From a virus, in IMG/VR virus record IMGVR_UViG_3300042391_001456, positions 38,754 to 102,753 of that record: a stretch of 64,000 nucleotides of DNA. One strand, 5' to 3'. This document shows, in pieces, positions 30,308-40,257 of this stretch (positions within the stretch are counted from its first letter, which is position 1; each line of letters opens with the position of its first letter). Below the pieces are notes generated by a model. It saw only the letters and a program-made list of their open reading frames with translations. It ran no database searches and was not told where the DNA came from. Both the position numbers and the translations under genes were made by a program.

Positions 30308-30706
30308 ATGCCGCTAATTTATTCCACATATTTAAATGAAACATTGAATTGGTCAGATGTTGAATATTTAAATGGTAAAAAATATTTAAAATGGGAAGAA
30401 GTAAATCTCAAATGGGAAAATGTTGATTTAAATTGGGATGAGGTTTTTATTTTACTCGAGATTGCCAAAAAAAGAGGTGGTGGATCTGGATATCCATACA
30501 GAGATGAATATGAAAAGAATAATCCATGGAAACAAATTCGAAAAGATTTTGGAGAGGAAGATACCAAAAAAGTAATAAAACTTTATTGTAAAGTAAATGG
30601 AATTGATTATGAAATGGTTAAAGAATCTAAAAAAGAAGTTAAAGTATTAGTAAATGAATTTGATAGATTTTTAAATGAAACAATTAATGTAAAAATTGAT
30701 TTTTAA
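30308..30706 (+). CDS. hypothetical protein with Trp-spaced repeats
   Basis: LNWSDV, LKWEEV, LKWENV, LNWDEV; late-type motif upstream. Confidence 0.6.
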   Translation: MPLIYSTYLNETLNWSDVEYLNGKKYLKWEEVNLKWENVDLNWDEVFILLEIAKKRGGGSGYPYRDEYEKNNPWKQIRKDFGEEDTKKVIKLYCKVNGIDYEMVKESKKEVKVLVNEFDRFLNETINVKIDF

Positions 30707-30723
30707 AAAAATATATATAACTT

Positions 30724-31392
30724 ATGGAAAAAGATGTATTTAAATTTGAAGATTTTCTTTCAGGTAGCAAATTAGATGAATTGAAAAAAATGAAATCAGA
30801 ACTTCTAAAAGAAGGTCTTTTCAATGATGATGAAATAAATAATAATTCTGATTTAGATTTTAGTGATGATGAAATAATTCAGGAATTTAATCCATATAAT
30901 GTGAATATGGAAAAAGATACAACAAATGATGATATCAACAATGTTGAATTCGATGAGAATGATGATGATATTGAGAATATCGAAACAGACGAATCTAATA
31001 TAGAATATAATTCAGATGAATCTTACGTTTTGTACAAAGATAAAGCTGAAGATTTTGTTTGTGATATCGCTGTGGAGGGGGTTAGTCAAAAAGACACCGA
31101 GGTTAGATTAATAGTAGAGTCTACTGATTGGACACTAATGTTTAAAGGTGAGATAAGAAATGGTAAATGTATTATACCATTGAAGAAATTAGCCATCTTA
31201 AATGAAGGACAGAGAGGTAACATTAAATTAGAAGTTAATGCTGATGGTAACTTATTTACACCTTGGGAAGATGAGTTTGTTGTTAAAGTTTCAAAAAAGG
31301 TAACAGTTAGTTTAAACGAAAATAAAAAAGATAAAAAACTACAAAATAAAAATAGTGATATAAAAGTTAATGTAAATAAAAAGAGACCTTAA
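30724..31392 (+). CDS. hypothetical late protein
   Basis: 222 aa; acidic N-half, beta-rich C-half. Confidence 0.6.
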   Translation: MEKDVFKFEDFLSGSKLDELKKMKSELLKEGLFNDDEINNNSDLDFSDDEIIQEFNPYNVNMEKDTTNDDINNVEFDENDDDIENIETDESNIEYNSDESYVLYKDKAEDFVCDIAVEGVSQKDTEVRLIVESTDWTLMFKGEIRNGKCIIPLKKLAILNEGQRGNIKLEVNADGNLFTPWEDEFVVKVSKKVTVSLNENKKDKKLQNKNSDIKVNVNKKRP

Positions 31393-31407
31393 AAGGTCTC
31401 TTTTTTT
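31378..31407. terminator. bidirectional terminator
   Basis: aaaaagagacctt-aa-aaggtctcttttt. Confidence 0.85.
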
Positions 31408-33724
31408 ATATCATATATTCCAATTTTTTAACCCATCCATTTGATTTTAATGTGTTAATAATCATTTCACCAGTTATTGATTTTGTACATTCAAATTGTC
31501 TTTCTGTACCCTTGTAATCTGGACACCAATTCCAATCACCTGGATCAAACTTATGTCTATTGAAACATCCATTACAAACAGAATTGTTAAATATTCTAAT
31601 AACATTATCCCCTTCAAATTCAGATATTGGATCACTAAACCCAGATATTAAAACAATCGGAACATTTAATGACCATGCCAACCAACTAAGACCTGATCCA
31701 ATACCGATGAAAAACTCACATGATAACATAACATCAATAAGATTTTCCATAGATCCTTCTGGTAATTTAACAACACCATTTGGATAAAAATTACCCATGT
31801 AACCATCACCTTCTTTAGATAATATCATAACTTCATATCCTTGTAGATTTAGATAATCAACTACTTCTTGCCAACCATTTGAGTTATTCCAATATTTGGT
31901 TTGAGCAGTTGAATGGAATCCAATACCAACTCTTTTCTTTTTTTCTATTTTGATTCTATCCGGTCCAATATTCGCTTTAACATATTCAAAATCCAAACCC
32001 AATATATCAGCTGCTGTTTTACCAAGTGGCATTTTCTTAAAATCATTTGGATTTTTCACACTAGAAAATTCTCCATTATCATCATAATACCACCCAATAG
32101 AATACATAGCATATAAATTATTAACTGGAGTTCCAGGATCTACAAATTCTATATTTGGATATTTTTCTTTAAATAAATTGTTCATAAATGTTGAACATAT
32201 CATTTCACAATTCCATTTCTTTCTAAATTCTTCAATATATGGAAACCATGCTAATGTATCACCCAGTGATTTGGAATCTAAAGAAACATAAACTCTCTTA
32301 CCAGTTGGATTACAAACTTCATCATGTATTATCTCACCATCCAAATAAACAATACATCTCCATTCTTGAAAATATTTTTTATTTACTTTAGTCCACATAT
32401 TAGATTTTATGGTAGTTCTATATTCACATATATTTTCTGTGTTAAAGAATTCAACTAAAAATTCTCTATCTTCATTTGATATCACTTCCACAACAGGACC
32501 ATCTATATAATAGTTGATTATATTTATACTTTTATATTTCTCATTTAAAACTCTATTGGATTTTTCTATATTATCATAAAAATCCAATAATTTGGATTCA
32601 AAATCTCCCTTCTCAGTTGAGAATATAAAATTATTAATTTCATGAGCATCATTTATTTCCTTAACACAGTGAAATCCAACAACCTCACTTTTATCATAAG
32701 GTATAAATGATTGTGATGAGTGACCATATCCATATTTATTCATATCCAACAAACAAACTCCACTATCAGAAGATAGATATTCACTATTAATATGATTATA
32801 AAAAAACTTAACATCACTCAATTTCAAAACATTTACAAAAAACCAAAATGATTTAGGCTTAACTCCTAATTTCCACATTAAGCAATTTAATATCAATTCA
32901 TCATGCATAAATTCTAATTTTCTGATTGAATCTATTTCATTTGACTGGCAAATCTCATCCCATTTTTTAAATAAATCTTTATGAGATTTATTAAATATCA
33001 CAATGTTCGTAATACATTGTGGGTATTTTTGTTTTGGTAGATCCATTGTTTCGGTAAGAAGTGGACCTGGTATATAACTACCATGAGCAATTGTATAATT
33101 CCAGGCTCCTTTTTGGAAAATAGGACCATCTTCTATTTCATTCAGATATTTAAATGTCTCGTCAATATTTGGTCTAATTTGTATATCAGCATCTAAAAAG
33201 ACAACACCTCTATAACCCATTTCTAGTACATCTAAAAATATTCTAGGTTTTAAAAATTGCATAAATTGGTTATCATTCATATCACCATCTATATACATTC
33301 TCTTATTTGTTAAATTATAATATTCTAAATTAGAATCATAATTTATGGAGTAATGGTATATCTTTTCATCGGAGTATCTATCCAATCCTATTATTAATTG
33401 TTCAACCAATGGTTGAAATTTCTCATTTGAGAAAACAACATAACATTTTGATTTATCACCAATTTTTTTATTGAAAATTAATTTATGATTTGAGTATATT
33501 TTTAAATCAAAAACTTCATTTTTAACATTTTCATAAAAACTATGAATCGAAAAATTCAATGTTTTTATATCACCTGGCTTAAAATCTTCAACATGATTTA
33601 TTAAATTCAAATAGAATATATCAGTTAAAGTTATTAAACAATTCTCATAATAATTATTTGTTAGGTTTTCTATTTTTATAGAGTCATCAAACAACTCTAT
33701 TTTAAAATCTCTATTTCCAAGCAT
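31406..33724 (-). CDS. two-domain glycosyltransferase: GT-A (DAD) plus TibC/AAH-like protein O-heptosyltransferase domain
   Basis: VFLDADI; SKSLGDTLAWFPY, FFIGIGSGLSWLAW, ISGFS, CNGCFN...WCP...FECTKSI. Confidence 0.8.
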   Translation of the reverse strand: MLGNRDFKIELFDDSIKIENLTNNYYENCLITLTDIFYLNLINHVEDFKPGDIKTLNFSIHSFYENVKNEVFDLKIYSNHKLIFNKKIGDKSKCYVVFSNEKFQPLVEQLIIGLDRYSDEKIYHYSINYDSNLEYYNLTNKRMYIDGDMNDNQFMQFLKPRIFLDVLEMGYRGVVFLDADIQIRPNIDETFKYLNEIEDGPIFQKGAWNYTIAHGSYIPGPLLTETMDLPKQKYPQCITNIVIFNKSHKDLFKKWDEICQSNEIDSIRKLEFMHDELILNCLMWKLGVKPKSFWFFVNVLKLSDVKFFYNHINSEYLSSDSGVCLLDMNKYGYGHSSQSFIPYDKSEVVGFHCVKEINDAHEINNFIFSTEKGDFESKLLDFYDNIEKSNRVLNEKYKSINIINYYIDGPVVEVISNEDREFLVEFFNTENICEYRTTIKSNMWTKVNKKYFQEWRCIVYLDGEIIHDEVCNPTGKRVYVSLDSKSLGDTLAWFPYIEEFRKKWNCEMICSTFMNNLFKEKYPNIEFVDPGTPVNNLYAMYSIGWYYDDNGEFSSVKNPNDFKKMPLGKTAADILGLDFEYVKANIGPDRIKIEKKKRVGIGFHSTAQTKYWNNSNGWQEVVDYLNLQGYEVMILSKEGDGYMGNFYPNGVVKLPEGSMENLIDVMLSCEFFIGIGSGLSWLAWSLNVPIVLISGFSDPISEFEGDNVIRIFNNSVCNGCFNRHKFDPGDWNWCPDYKGTERQFECTKSITGEMIINTLKSNGWVKKLEYMI

Positions 33725-35261
33725 ATATAAGTCCTCCTTTGTTTTCTATTGGATATTCACCATCCATAAATTTAAATTTATAATCATTAGTAGTTAATTT
33801 TTTAATTATCTCCAATATTTTATAATTATCATTATTATGATATTCAATTAAAAAATTATTCACTTTCAATAAATTATCATCTGATATTGTATTAAAGAGA
33901 TCATACTCAGCTCCCTCAATATCAATTTTCATTAAATCAATATAATCTTCATCAATATAATCCTCAATTAATGTATTTGGTGTTATACAACTAACTATAT
34001 TTTTAGTTCTATTTTCAACTTTATTATTAGCATCTATCTCTGATATACTAGATACCATAGAACAATCAGAATCTTCGAAAAAGTCTATCACACCATCATG
34101 TGAATAAATTGCCTGATGTATAACTTTATTATTTGAATTTTTATCAAAATTATTTTTTAATAGTTTTATCATCCTAGTATCAGCATCAACTAAATAACAT
34201 TTTATAGATCTTTCCATAAAGAAAATGCTGGATATTCCATAATTAGCACCCAAGTCAACAAAATTTCTAATTTTATCAAAATTTAACTCAGTATAAATTT
34301 TATAGAAATCGTTTAAATATCCAAATAAAAAATCTATATTTTCATTTTTATAAGTTTTAAACTTTTTACAAAAAACATGTTTGTAATCAAAATCATCAAT
34401 TAGTATATTTTTTCTAATATTATTATCTCCGATTTTTGTTTCTAAATAATATCCATTTCTATTATCAATTCCATTATTGAAAAATGGTGGAATAAACCAA
34501 TATATGTATCCTGATTTTAAATTAAAATTAGTATTATTATAAATACACAAATCCGTGTAATAATCAAATACTTTTATATGGAAATCTTCTATATTTGGAT
34601 TTGTATTTTTTAGATAAAATTTAGCATCATCTTTTGAATACCAAAACTCAATATCGTTATAATTATAATAAAGAATGTCTATTTTATTTGGTCCATAAAA
34701 TTCATATTTATCTTTGAAAGAATAAATTTTATCCAAAACTCCATTTTGTCTAAAGGAATATTCCCAACAATTCTCTAAAACAGTATTTAATGTAAACATC
34801 TCGTCGATAGTTCGATAAAAATTAATATTTTCTAATAAAAAATCTATTTTAGAATAAAAAGAATTTGTACAAATAATATTATCACCCCAATTACATGAAA
34901 CAAATTGATATTCATCAACTCTCCAATCTAAAAATCTATTAACATCATTTATCTCAACATCATAAGTTACTTTATAAGTCCATTCAATATCCTGATCTTT
35001 GAGATGTTTGATAGCCAATTCAATCAAATTACTTTCAGCAACTCCGTGTGAATATTTTCTATTATCGATTACATTCTTTGATTGATAAATATAGAAATCA
35101 CATAATTCCTGTAAGTCACTACTTATAGGCGAGTGACTTGATAATACTAAGTAATAATCTTCTTTACTTAGAGTCTCAATATTTTTTTTGAGTAAGTTTA
35201 TACTTTCCTCCGATGTATGAAAGTATGTTATTATAAAACCTATTTTAGTATCTTTCTTCAT
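33711..35261 (-). CDS. FkbM-family methyltransferase with N-terminal extension
   Basis: VDLGANYG, IDLMKIDIEGAEY, IEYH. Confidence 0.82.
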   Translation of the reverse strand: MKKDTKIGFIITYFHTSEESINLLKKNIETLSKEDYYLVLSSHSPISSDLQELCDFYIYQSKNVIDNRKYSHGVAESNLIELAIKHLKDQDIEWTYKVTYDVEINDVNRFLDWRVDEYQFVSCNWGDNIICTNSFYSKIDFLLENINFYRTIDEMFTLNTVLENCWEYSFRQNGVLDKIYSFKDKYEFYGPNKIDILYYNYNDIEFWYSKDDAKFYLKNTNPNIEDFHIKVFDYYTDLCIYNNTNFNLKSGYIYWFIPPFFNNGIDNRNGYYLETKIGDNNIRKNILIDDFDYKHVFCKKFKTYKNENIDFLFGYLNDFYKIYTELNFDKIRNFVDLGANYGISSIFFMERSIKCYLVDADTRMIKLLKNNFDKNSNNKVIHQAIYSHDGVIDFFEDSDCSMVSSISEIDANNKVENRTKNIVSCITPNTLIEDYIDEDYIDLMKIDIEGAEYDLFNTISDDNLLKVNNFLIEYHNNDNYKILEIIKKLTTNDYKFKFMDGEYPIENKGGLIYAWK

Positions 35262-36858
35262 TATAAACTTTATCTAATATTGAATAACCAGCCGATTGTT
35301 TTGTCGGTGGAGTTTCAAATATTCCTATTTTATACTTATTTAACTTTTCCGAAAAAAGTAAATCAGTTACATTCCATTTTGAATTTCTATACATTTCATC
35401 AATTACGTCAAAACTCTTTTTAGGAATTAAATATGCATGTGCTCCATAAAAACCATTAACGGTCCAATATATCGAGTTTTTATCAATAATATTAACACCG
35501 TTATGAAACCCAAATGAAAACATCATCAAATCGGTTTTATTTAATATTTCACATGCTAACTTTACACTATCGACAAATTCTTTAGTTTCTACATCGATAA
35601 TAGCATCACATTCAAATATTAAAATATAATCAACATTATCATTCAATCCTCTATAAAAAGCATCTTTGTGAGCCAAATAACAACCATAATGACCCGGTGT
35701 TAGTTTACCCCCTGGTTCCATACTAATTTTATCAGGATACTCACATGTTTCTGATGGTGGTAAACTAACCCATCTTTTATTAACCAATGCTTTGTAATTA
35801 ATTCCAAATTTTTCCAATTTAGTTAATGATATTTGTGATTGAACTTCTCTCTCACTATCAATATCTGTTATCATATGATATGCTGAAATTTCTGATACTT
35901 TTTCATTTTTTTGAATATTCAATCCATTTCTTATCAATTCAACATTCATATTAATATCATTTGTTAAAAATTTAATATTTTTAAAATTTGAAAAATCCTG
36001 ACCATATGTTTTCAAGTTGTACATTAATACTGGTAGGTCATATGAAGTGGCTTCCAAAACTGATAGAGGTCTATTTTCCAATTTAGAAGTAAAGATAAAT
36101 AAATCAACACATCTATAAAATCTATGTAAATCAGATCTTTCTCCCCATATTTTACAATTATTAGGAGTATTCTCAATTAGAGGTTTCCAATAATCAACAA
36201 AATTATCTGCCATATTACCAAAGAAGTGAAACATAACATTATCACCTTCCATCTTTTTAGCATATTCAAATATTTCATGTTGATTTTTATTAAAATTGAA
36301 TAATCCAACATTCATAATATGTTTTTGATTGGGGTTTAACCCTAATTCAATTAAATTATTCTCTCTGTATAATTTAGAATCAATTTCAAACTCTATAACC
36401 TCTGAGAAATTAGATATTTCATTATACTGTGTCCAATTTATATTAGACACAAACATTGTTTTATCGGCTATAAATTTTTTATCATTTTTATTAAATCCAG
36501 TTCCGTGTGTTGTATCTGTTATATAAAAATTTAAATCGTTTTTCAAATCAACAAATATTGAATTTAATAAATCATGACTTACAAAAGTCTCTGGGAATTC
36601 TTCAAAATGAATAACTTTTGGTTTGATACTACTAATTAATGATAATATTTCATTTTTATTATCACTTAAAGTTATTAACCTATTACTTAATAAACTTTTT
36701 AACTCATTTTTTTGAACAACTAGTCTACCACCTGTAATATCATCCCATTCTATTAAATAGATATTCCACTTTTTTAAAAGAATTTTTATTTTTTTGAGTA
36801 AGAATTGTGGTAACCCACCAGTTGATAAGTGTGGTGTTATAATTAACATTTTATCCAT
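35245..36858 (-). CDS. two-domain glycosyltransferase (GT4-like plus GT25-like)
   Basis: PHLSTGGLPQF, NVGLF..NKNQ, FTSKLENRPLSVLEA; GHYGCYLAH, IFECDA, GAHAYLI. Confidence 0.8.
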   Translation of the reverse strand: MDKMLIITPHLSTGGLPQFLLKKIKILLKKWNIYLIEWDDITGGRLVVQKNELKSLLSNRLITLSDNKNEILSLISSIKPKVIHFEEFPETFVSHDLLNSIFVDLKNDLNFYITDTTHGTGFNKNDKKFIADKTMFVSNINWTQYNEISNFSEVIEFEIDSKLYRENNLIELGLNPNQKHIMNVGLFNFNKNQHEIFEYAKKMEGDNVMFHFFGNMADNFVDYWKPLIENTPNNCKIWGERSDLHRFYRCVDLFIFTSKLENRPLSVLEATSYDLPVLMYNLKTYGQDFSNFKNIKFLTNDINMNVELIRNGLNIQKNEKVSEISAYHMITDIDSEREVQSQISLTKLEKFGINYKALVNKRWVSLPPSETCEYPDKISMEPGGKLTPGHYGCYLAHKDAFYRGLNDNVDYILIFECDAIIDVETKEFVDSVKLACEILNKTDLMMFSFGFHNGVNIIDKNSIYWTVNGFYGAHAYLIPKKSFDVIDEMYRNSKWNVTDLLFSEKLNKYKIGIFETPPTKQSAGYSILDKVYNEERY

Positions 36859-36928
36859 AATAGGATTTATATTTTTTATATATAAATTAGTTTAATAAAC
36901 AAAAAAACAATTTACTATTATAATAATT

Positions 36929-38260
36929 ATGAAGAATTTGAAAACATTAAATGAGTTAGAAACGGAAAACTTTTTAAATTCAATTTTTAAAAGTGAAATT
37001 ACAATATTTGAAGACATACAAGGTAGTAAAATATGGGTAAATTGGGATGGTGATAAATTTCAAATAAAACCAAAATCAATTAATAGCGAATCTATTAATC
37101 TAATAGATCTAGCTATGCAAAATTATTATAATCCAGCAATAGATTATTTCAACTCATTAGATTTAAGAGTTAAATCACTTTTAAATAGAAAGTGGTGGTT
37201 TTGTTTTGAATATTTTCCAGATAATCAACCAGCAAATATTGAATATGATAAAGTCCCTAAAAATAAATTAATACTAACAACCATTTTTAAAAATGGTAAA
37301 TATGATATTAATATTGAAGAAATTGATGAATATTCTAGATTATTGAATGTTGATATGATACCTGTTATATTTAATGGTATTCTTACCGAAAAGATGAAAG
37401 AAGCTATAAAATACTTTTTAAATACAAGTGAGGAAGATTTAGAGTATGTATTTGGTGATAAATCATTCACCTTCTTCTTTTATAAAATATTAAATCCTCT
37501 TTCAGAAAATTCATTTTTAATGGATGGCGACTTTCAAAAAAACATAGAAAAATTAATAATTAGATCACAAGGAAATGATGTTTCATTTCAATTATTAAAT
37601 CCTCTTTATAAAAAGATGAACGATTCTAATAAGACTGATTATGTTGAGATTTATTCACTACTAATAATAAATTTTTTAAATTTTTGCCAATCTGTAAATT
37701 TAGACGATCTAAAATTAAAAGGTTATAAAAGAGATGAAATTTATATTAATTTAATTTCAAAATTATATAATTTCTATTTAAGTGACGTAAAAGAAGACCT
37801 CATAAGCTTTGATTTTAATATACCAGAGTTCTTTGATAAGGAGAAATTTAAAATAAACAAAGAGTTGATATCTAATAAGATGACGAAATCTTACATAAGT
37901 GAAAATCCAAAACTAGAATACATATTCAAAATTATACTAAGCTCCTTTAATATAAAGAGAAAAAAAGCTATTGGACTTTTTAGTGAAAATACAGTTAAGT
38001 TATTTAATCTATTCGTTGATAAAATAAATGGAATTATTGATATGCATTTAAATAAAACTATAGAAATAGAATTAACCAGAACTGGTTTATTAGACTTTGA
38101 TGAGTATATAGATTTTAAAGTTGATACGGATGCATCAGGTCAAATATACCCTGATATATTTGATGAGATACAAAAAGGTGAAGAAGAAGAGAAGAAAAAG
38201 AAAGGAAAAGGTGGTAAAATGCCAATGCCTGGAGATGAATCTAAAATGTCCTTAAAATAA
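36929..38260 (+). CDS. hypothetical protein with degenerate RNA-ligase-like N-terminal domain
   Basis: IFEDIQGSKI at the position of motif I (EKxxG), FCFEYF, IPVIFNG, IEKLIIR. Confidence 0.5.
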   Translation: MKNLKTLNELETENFLNSIFKSEITIFEDIQGSKIWVNWDGDKFQIKPKSINSESINLIDLAMQNYYNPAIDYFNSLDLRVKSLLNRKWWFCFEYFPDNQPANIEYDKVPKNKLILTTIFKNGKYDINIEEIDEYSRLLNVDMIPVIFNGILTEKMKEAIKYFLNTSEEDLEYVFGDKSFTFFFYKILNPLSENSFLMDGDFQKNIEKLIIRSQGNDVSFQLLNPLYKKMNDSNKTDYVEIYSLLIINFLNFCQSVNLDDLKLKGYKRDEIYINLISKLYNFYLSDVKEDLISFDFNIPEFFDKEKFKINKELISNKMTKSYISENPKLEYIFKIILSSFNIKRKKAIGLFSENTVKLFNLFVDKINGIIDMHLNKTIEIELTRTGLLDFDEYIDFKVDTDASGQIYPDIFDEIQKGEEEEKKKKGKGGKMPMPGDESKMSLK

Positions 38261-38421
38261 TGAAAGAGACCTCTATTAAAGCTATTTGGACTAAAGAAAT
38301 GCATGAAGATCTAATTAAACAAAAATCTTTAAATTTAGATTTTGAAAAACATTTAGTATCAGTATTAAAGGCTGAATTGAGAAAGAATAAGATTAATAAA
38401 ATTTTCAAAAAGAAGAACTAA
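38260..38421 (+). CDS. 53 aa gp23-like capsid peptide with C-terminal RKNKINKIF tag (not in ORF track)
   Basis: MKETSIKAIWTKEMHEDLIKQKSLNLDFEKHLVSVLKAELRKNKINKIFKKKN; ATG overlaps the upstream TAA. Confidence 0.55.
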   Translation: MKETSIKAIWTKEMHEDLIKQKSLNLDFEKHLVSVLKAELRKNKINKIFKKKN

Positions 38422-38445
38422 AACATGTAATATGATATAATATTT

Positions 38446-39660
38446 ATGAAAGTTAAAAGCTTTAAAAGAGAAATATCTATAAGATCTCAATTAAAAAATA
38501 AAAAAAATAGTCTTCAATTTTTACCAATTTCTTTAGAAGAAGTATCTAAGTGTAAAAATTTCATCTATAAAGAAAAAAAATTAAAAACATCATATCTAAT
38601 CGATATAACACATAATCTAATATTAAAATATTATTTCAAAAAAGAAAATAGATTTAGTATTATGTCAACTATATTAAAAGAAAAGTATGGACATTTATAT
38701 AATTATTATATAAATTATTTACTAGAAAATAATATAATTGAACTTGTAAGAAATTATAAAGCAGGTGAAAATGCTAGGGTTTATAAACTAAATGAATCTA
38801 TATTAAAATCCGCAATTAAAAGATATCCAAATTCGGATAAAGTTCTTTTGAGAAAATATAAAAATAATGTCTCTCAAATAGAACAAGGTATTAAAAATAA
38901 TCTAATTGATGATGATATTAAATTAAAATTAGTAGATGATTTATTTTCGATTGATATTGATTTCTATAGATCTATATTTTATTTAGATAATTTAAAATCA
39001 GATGATGATGATATCTATAATAAAAATAGATATTCAGTTGAGTGTATAAGTGATAAACATATTTTTTACCATTTTGATAACTATGGTAGAATGCACACCA
39101 ACTTTACAATTTTAAAATCTTTTATTAGAAAGAATTGTCTTTTAATTGAGGGTGAAGAAACTCATGAGTTAGACATTAAAAATAGCCAACCTTTATTTTT
39201 AGCAAAAATAATAATAGATTCAAAAACTCTATGGGTTAAAAATGATGAATTAGAATTATTTAAATACTTAACATTAAATGGATTATTTTATCAATATTTA
39301 ATGGATCATCTTAAAATATCAGATAAGAAAAAAGCAAAAGAAATAACATATAAAGTTCTATTTGGTAAAAATGCATCAAATAGCAAATCTGATAAAATAT
39401 TTAAAGAATTGTTCCCTACAATACACAATTTTATAAAATTGTATAAAAAAGAAAGAGGTGATTATAAAATATTAGCATATGAGTTACAAAAAGCTGAATC
39501 AAATTTGATTTATAATAAAATAATACGAGAAATAATGAGTATTTATCCTGAAATAAAATTAGTAACTGTTCATGATAGTATCATAATAACTAAAAAATGG
39601 AGACCTCATGTAGAAAATATTTTTAATAAACATATAATCAGAGAATTTGATTTAAAATAA
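38446..39660 (+). CDS. minimal family-A-like (PolA/T7-type) polymerase domain protein
   Basis: YGRMH, LDIKNSQP (motif A), KAKEITYKVLFG (motif B), LQKAES, TVHDSI (motif C). Confidence 0.65.
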   Translation: MKVKSFKREISIRSQLKNKKNSLQFLPISLEEVSKCKNFIYKEKKLKTSYLIDITHNLILKYYFKKENRFSIMSTILKEKYGHLYNYYINYLLENNIIELVRNYKAGENARVYKLNESILKSAIKRYPNSDKVLLRKYKNNVSQIEQGIKNNLIDDDIKLKLVDDLFSIDIDFYRSIFYLDNLKSDDDDIYNKNRYSVECISDKHIFYHFDNYGRMHTNFTILKSFIRKNCLLIEGEETHELDIKNSQPLFLAKIIIDSKTLWVKNDELELFKYLTLNGLFYQYLMDHLKISDKKKAKEITYKVLFGKNASNSKSDKIFKELFPTIHNFIKLYKKERGDYKILAYELQKAESNLIYNKIIREIMSIYPEIKLVTVHDSIIITKKWRPHVENIFNKHIIREFDLK

Positions 39661-39694
39661 TTAATATATAAATAAATATTTTAATATATAAATC

Positions 39695-40228
39695 ATGACA
39701 GCTCTAGAAAATAAAAATTCATCATATTTGATAATTTCTTCAAAGAGATTAAATGAGATAATATCTATACTTTATGCTAAAGAATATAAAATTATACCAA
39801 TAAATGAGTATTTCAATGGTAATTTTGAAGAATCTATAATAGCATGGGGAGTTGATAACGAATCTCTTAGAAGAGATTCAATTTTTATTCTAAATCAATT
39901 ACATGAAGATTCAGCCATAATTAAATATAGTGGTGAAGATGGCGCAAAAAAAGTAAGCTTTAATGGTTCTGAATACCCACTTGATATAATATTATTTAAT
40001 ACAGATTCTAACTATAAATCATATATACACAATGGTATATCCTTCTCATTCAAAGAATCTAAAAGATATTGGGTACCAAAAACTATGAACGATTTAAAAA
40101 TAGGGATGGTAGTTGAATACATGAACAATAATAAATGGTTTGAGAAAAAAGTTTTAAATCCACAAGATGAGTGGGAAAAACTTTATAAGTTATTAATTAA
40201 ATACGACAAACTAAGAGTATCTGCATAA
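39695..40228 (+). CDS. hypothetical protein
   Basis: 177 aa; late-type motif upstream. Confidence 0.6.
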   Translation: MTALENKNSSYLIISSKRLNEIISILYAKEYKIIPINEYFNGNFEESIIAWGVDNESLRRDSIFILNQLHEDSAIIKYSGEDGAKKVSFNGSEYPLDIILFNTDSNYKSYIHNGISFSFKESKRYWVPKTMNDLKIGMVVEYMNNNKWFEKKVLNPQDEWEKLYKLLIKYDKLRVSA

Positions 40229-40257
40229 AAAAAAGACATCAAATGATGTCTTTTTTT
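40228..40257. terminator. bidirectional terminator
   Basis: aaaaaaagacatc-aaat-gatgtcttttttt. Confidence 0.8.
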
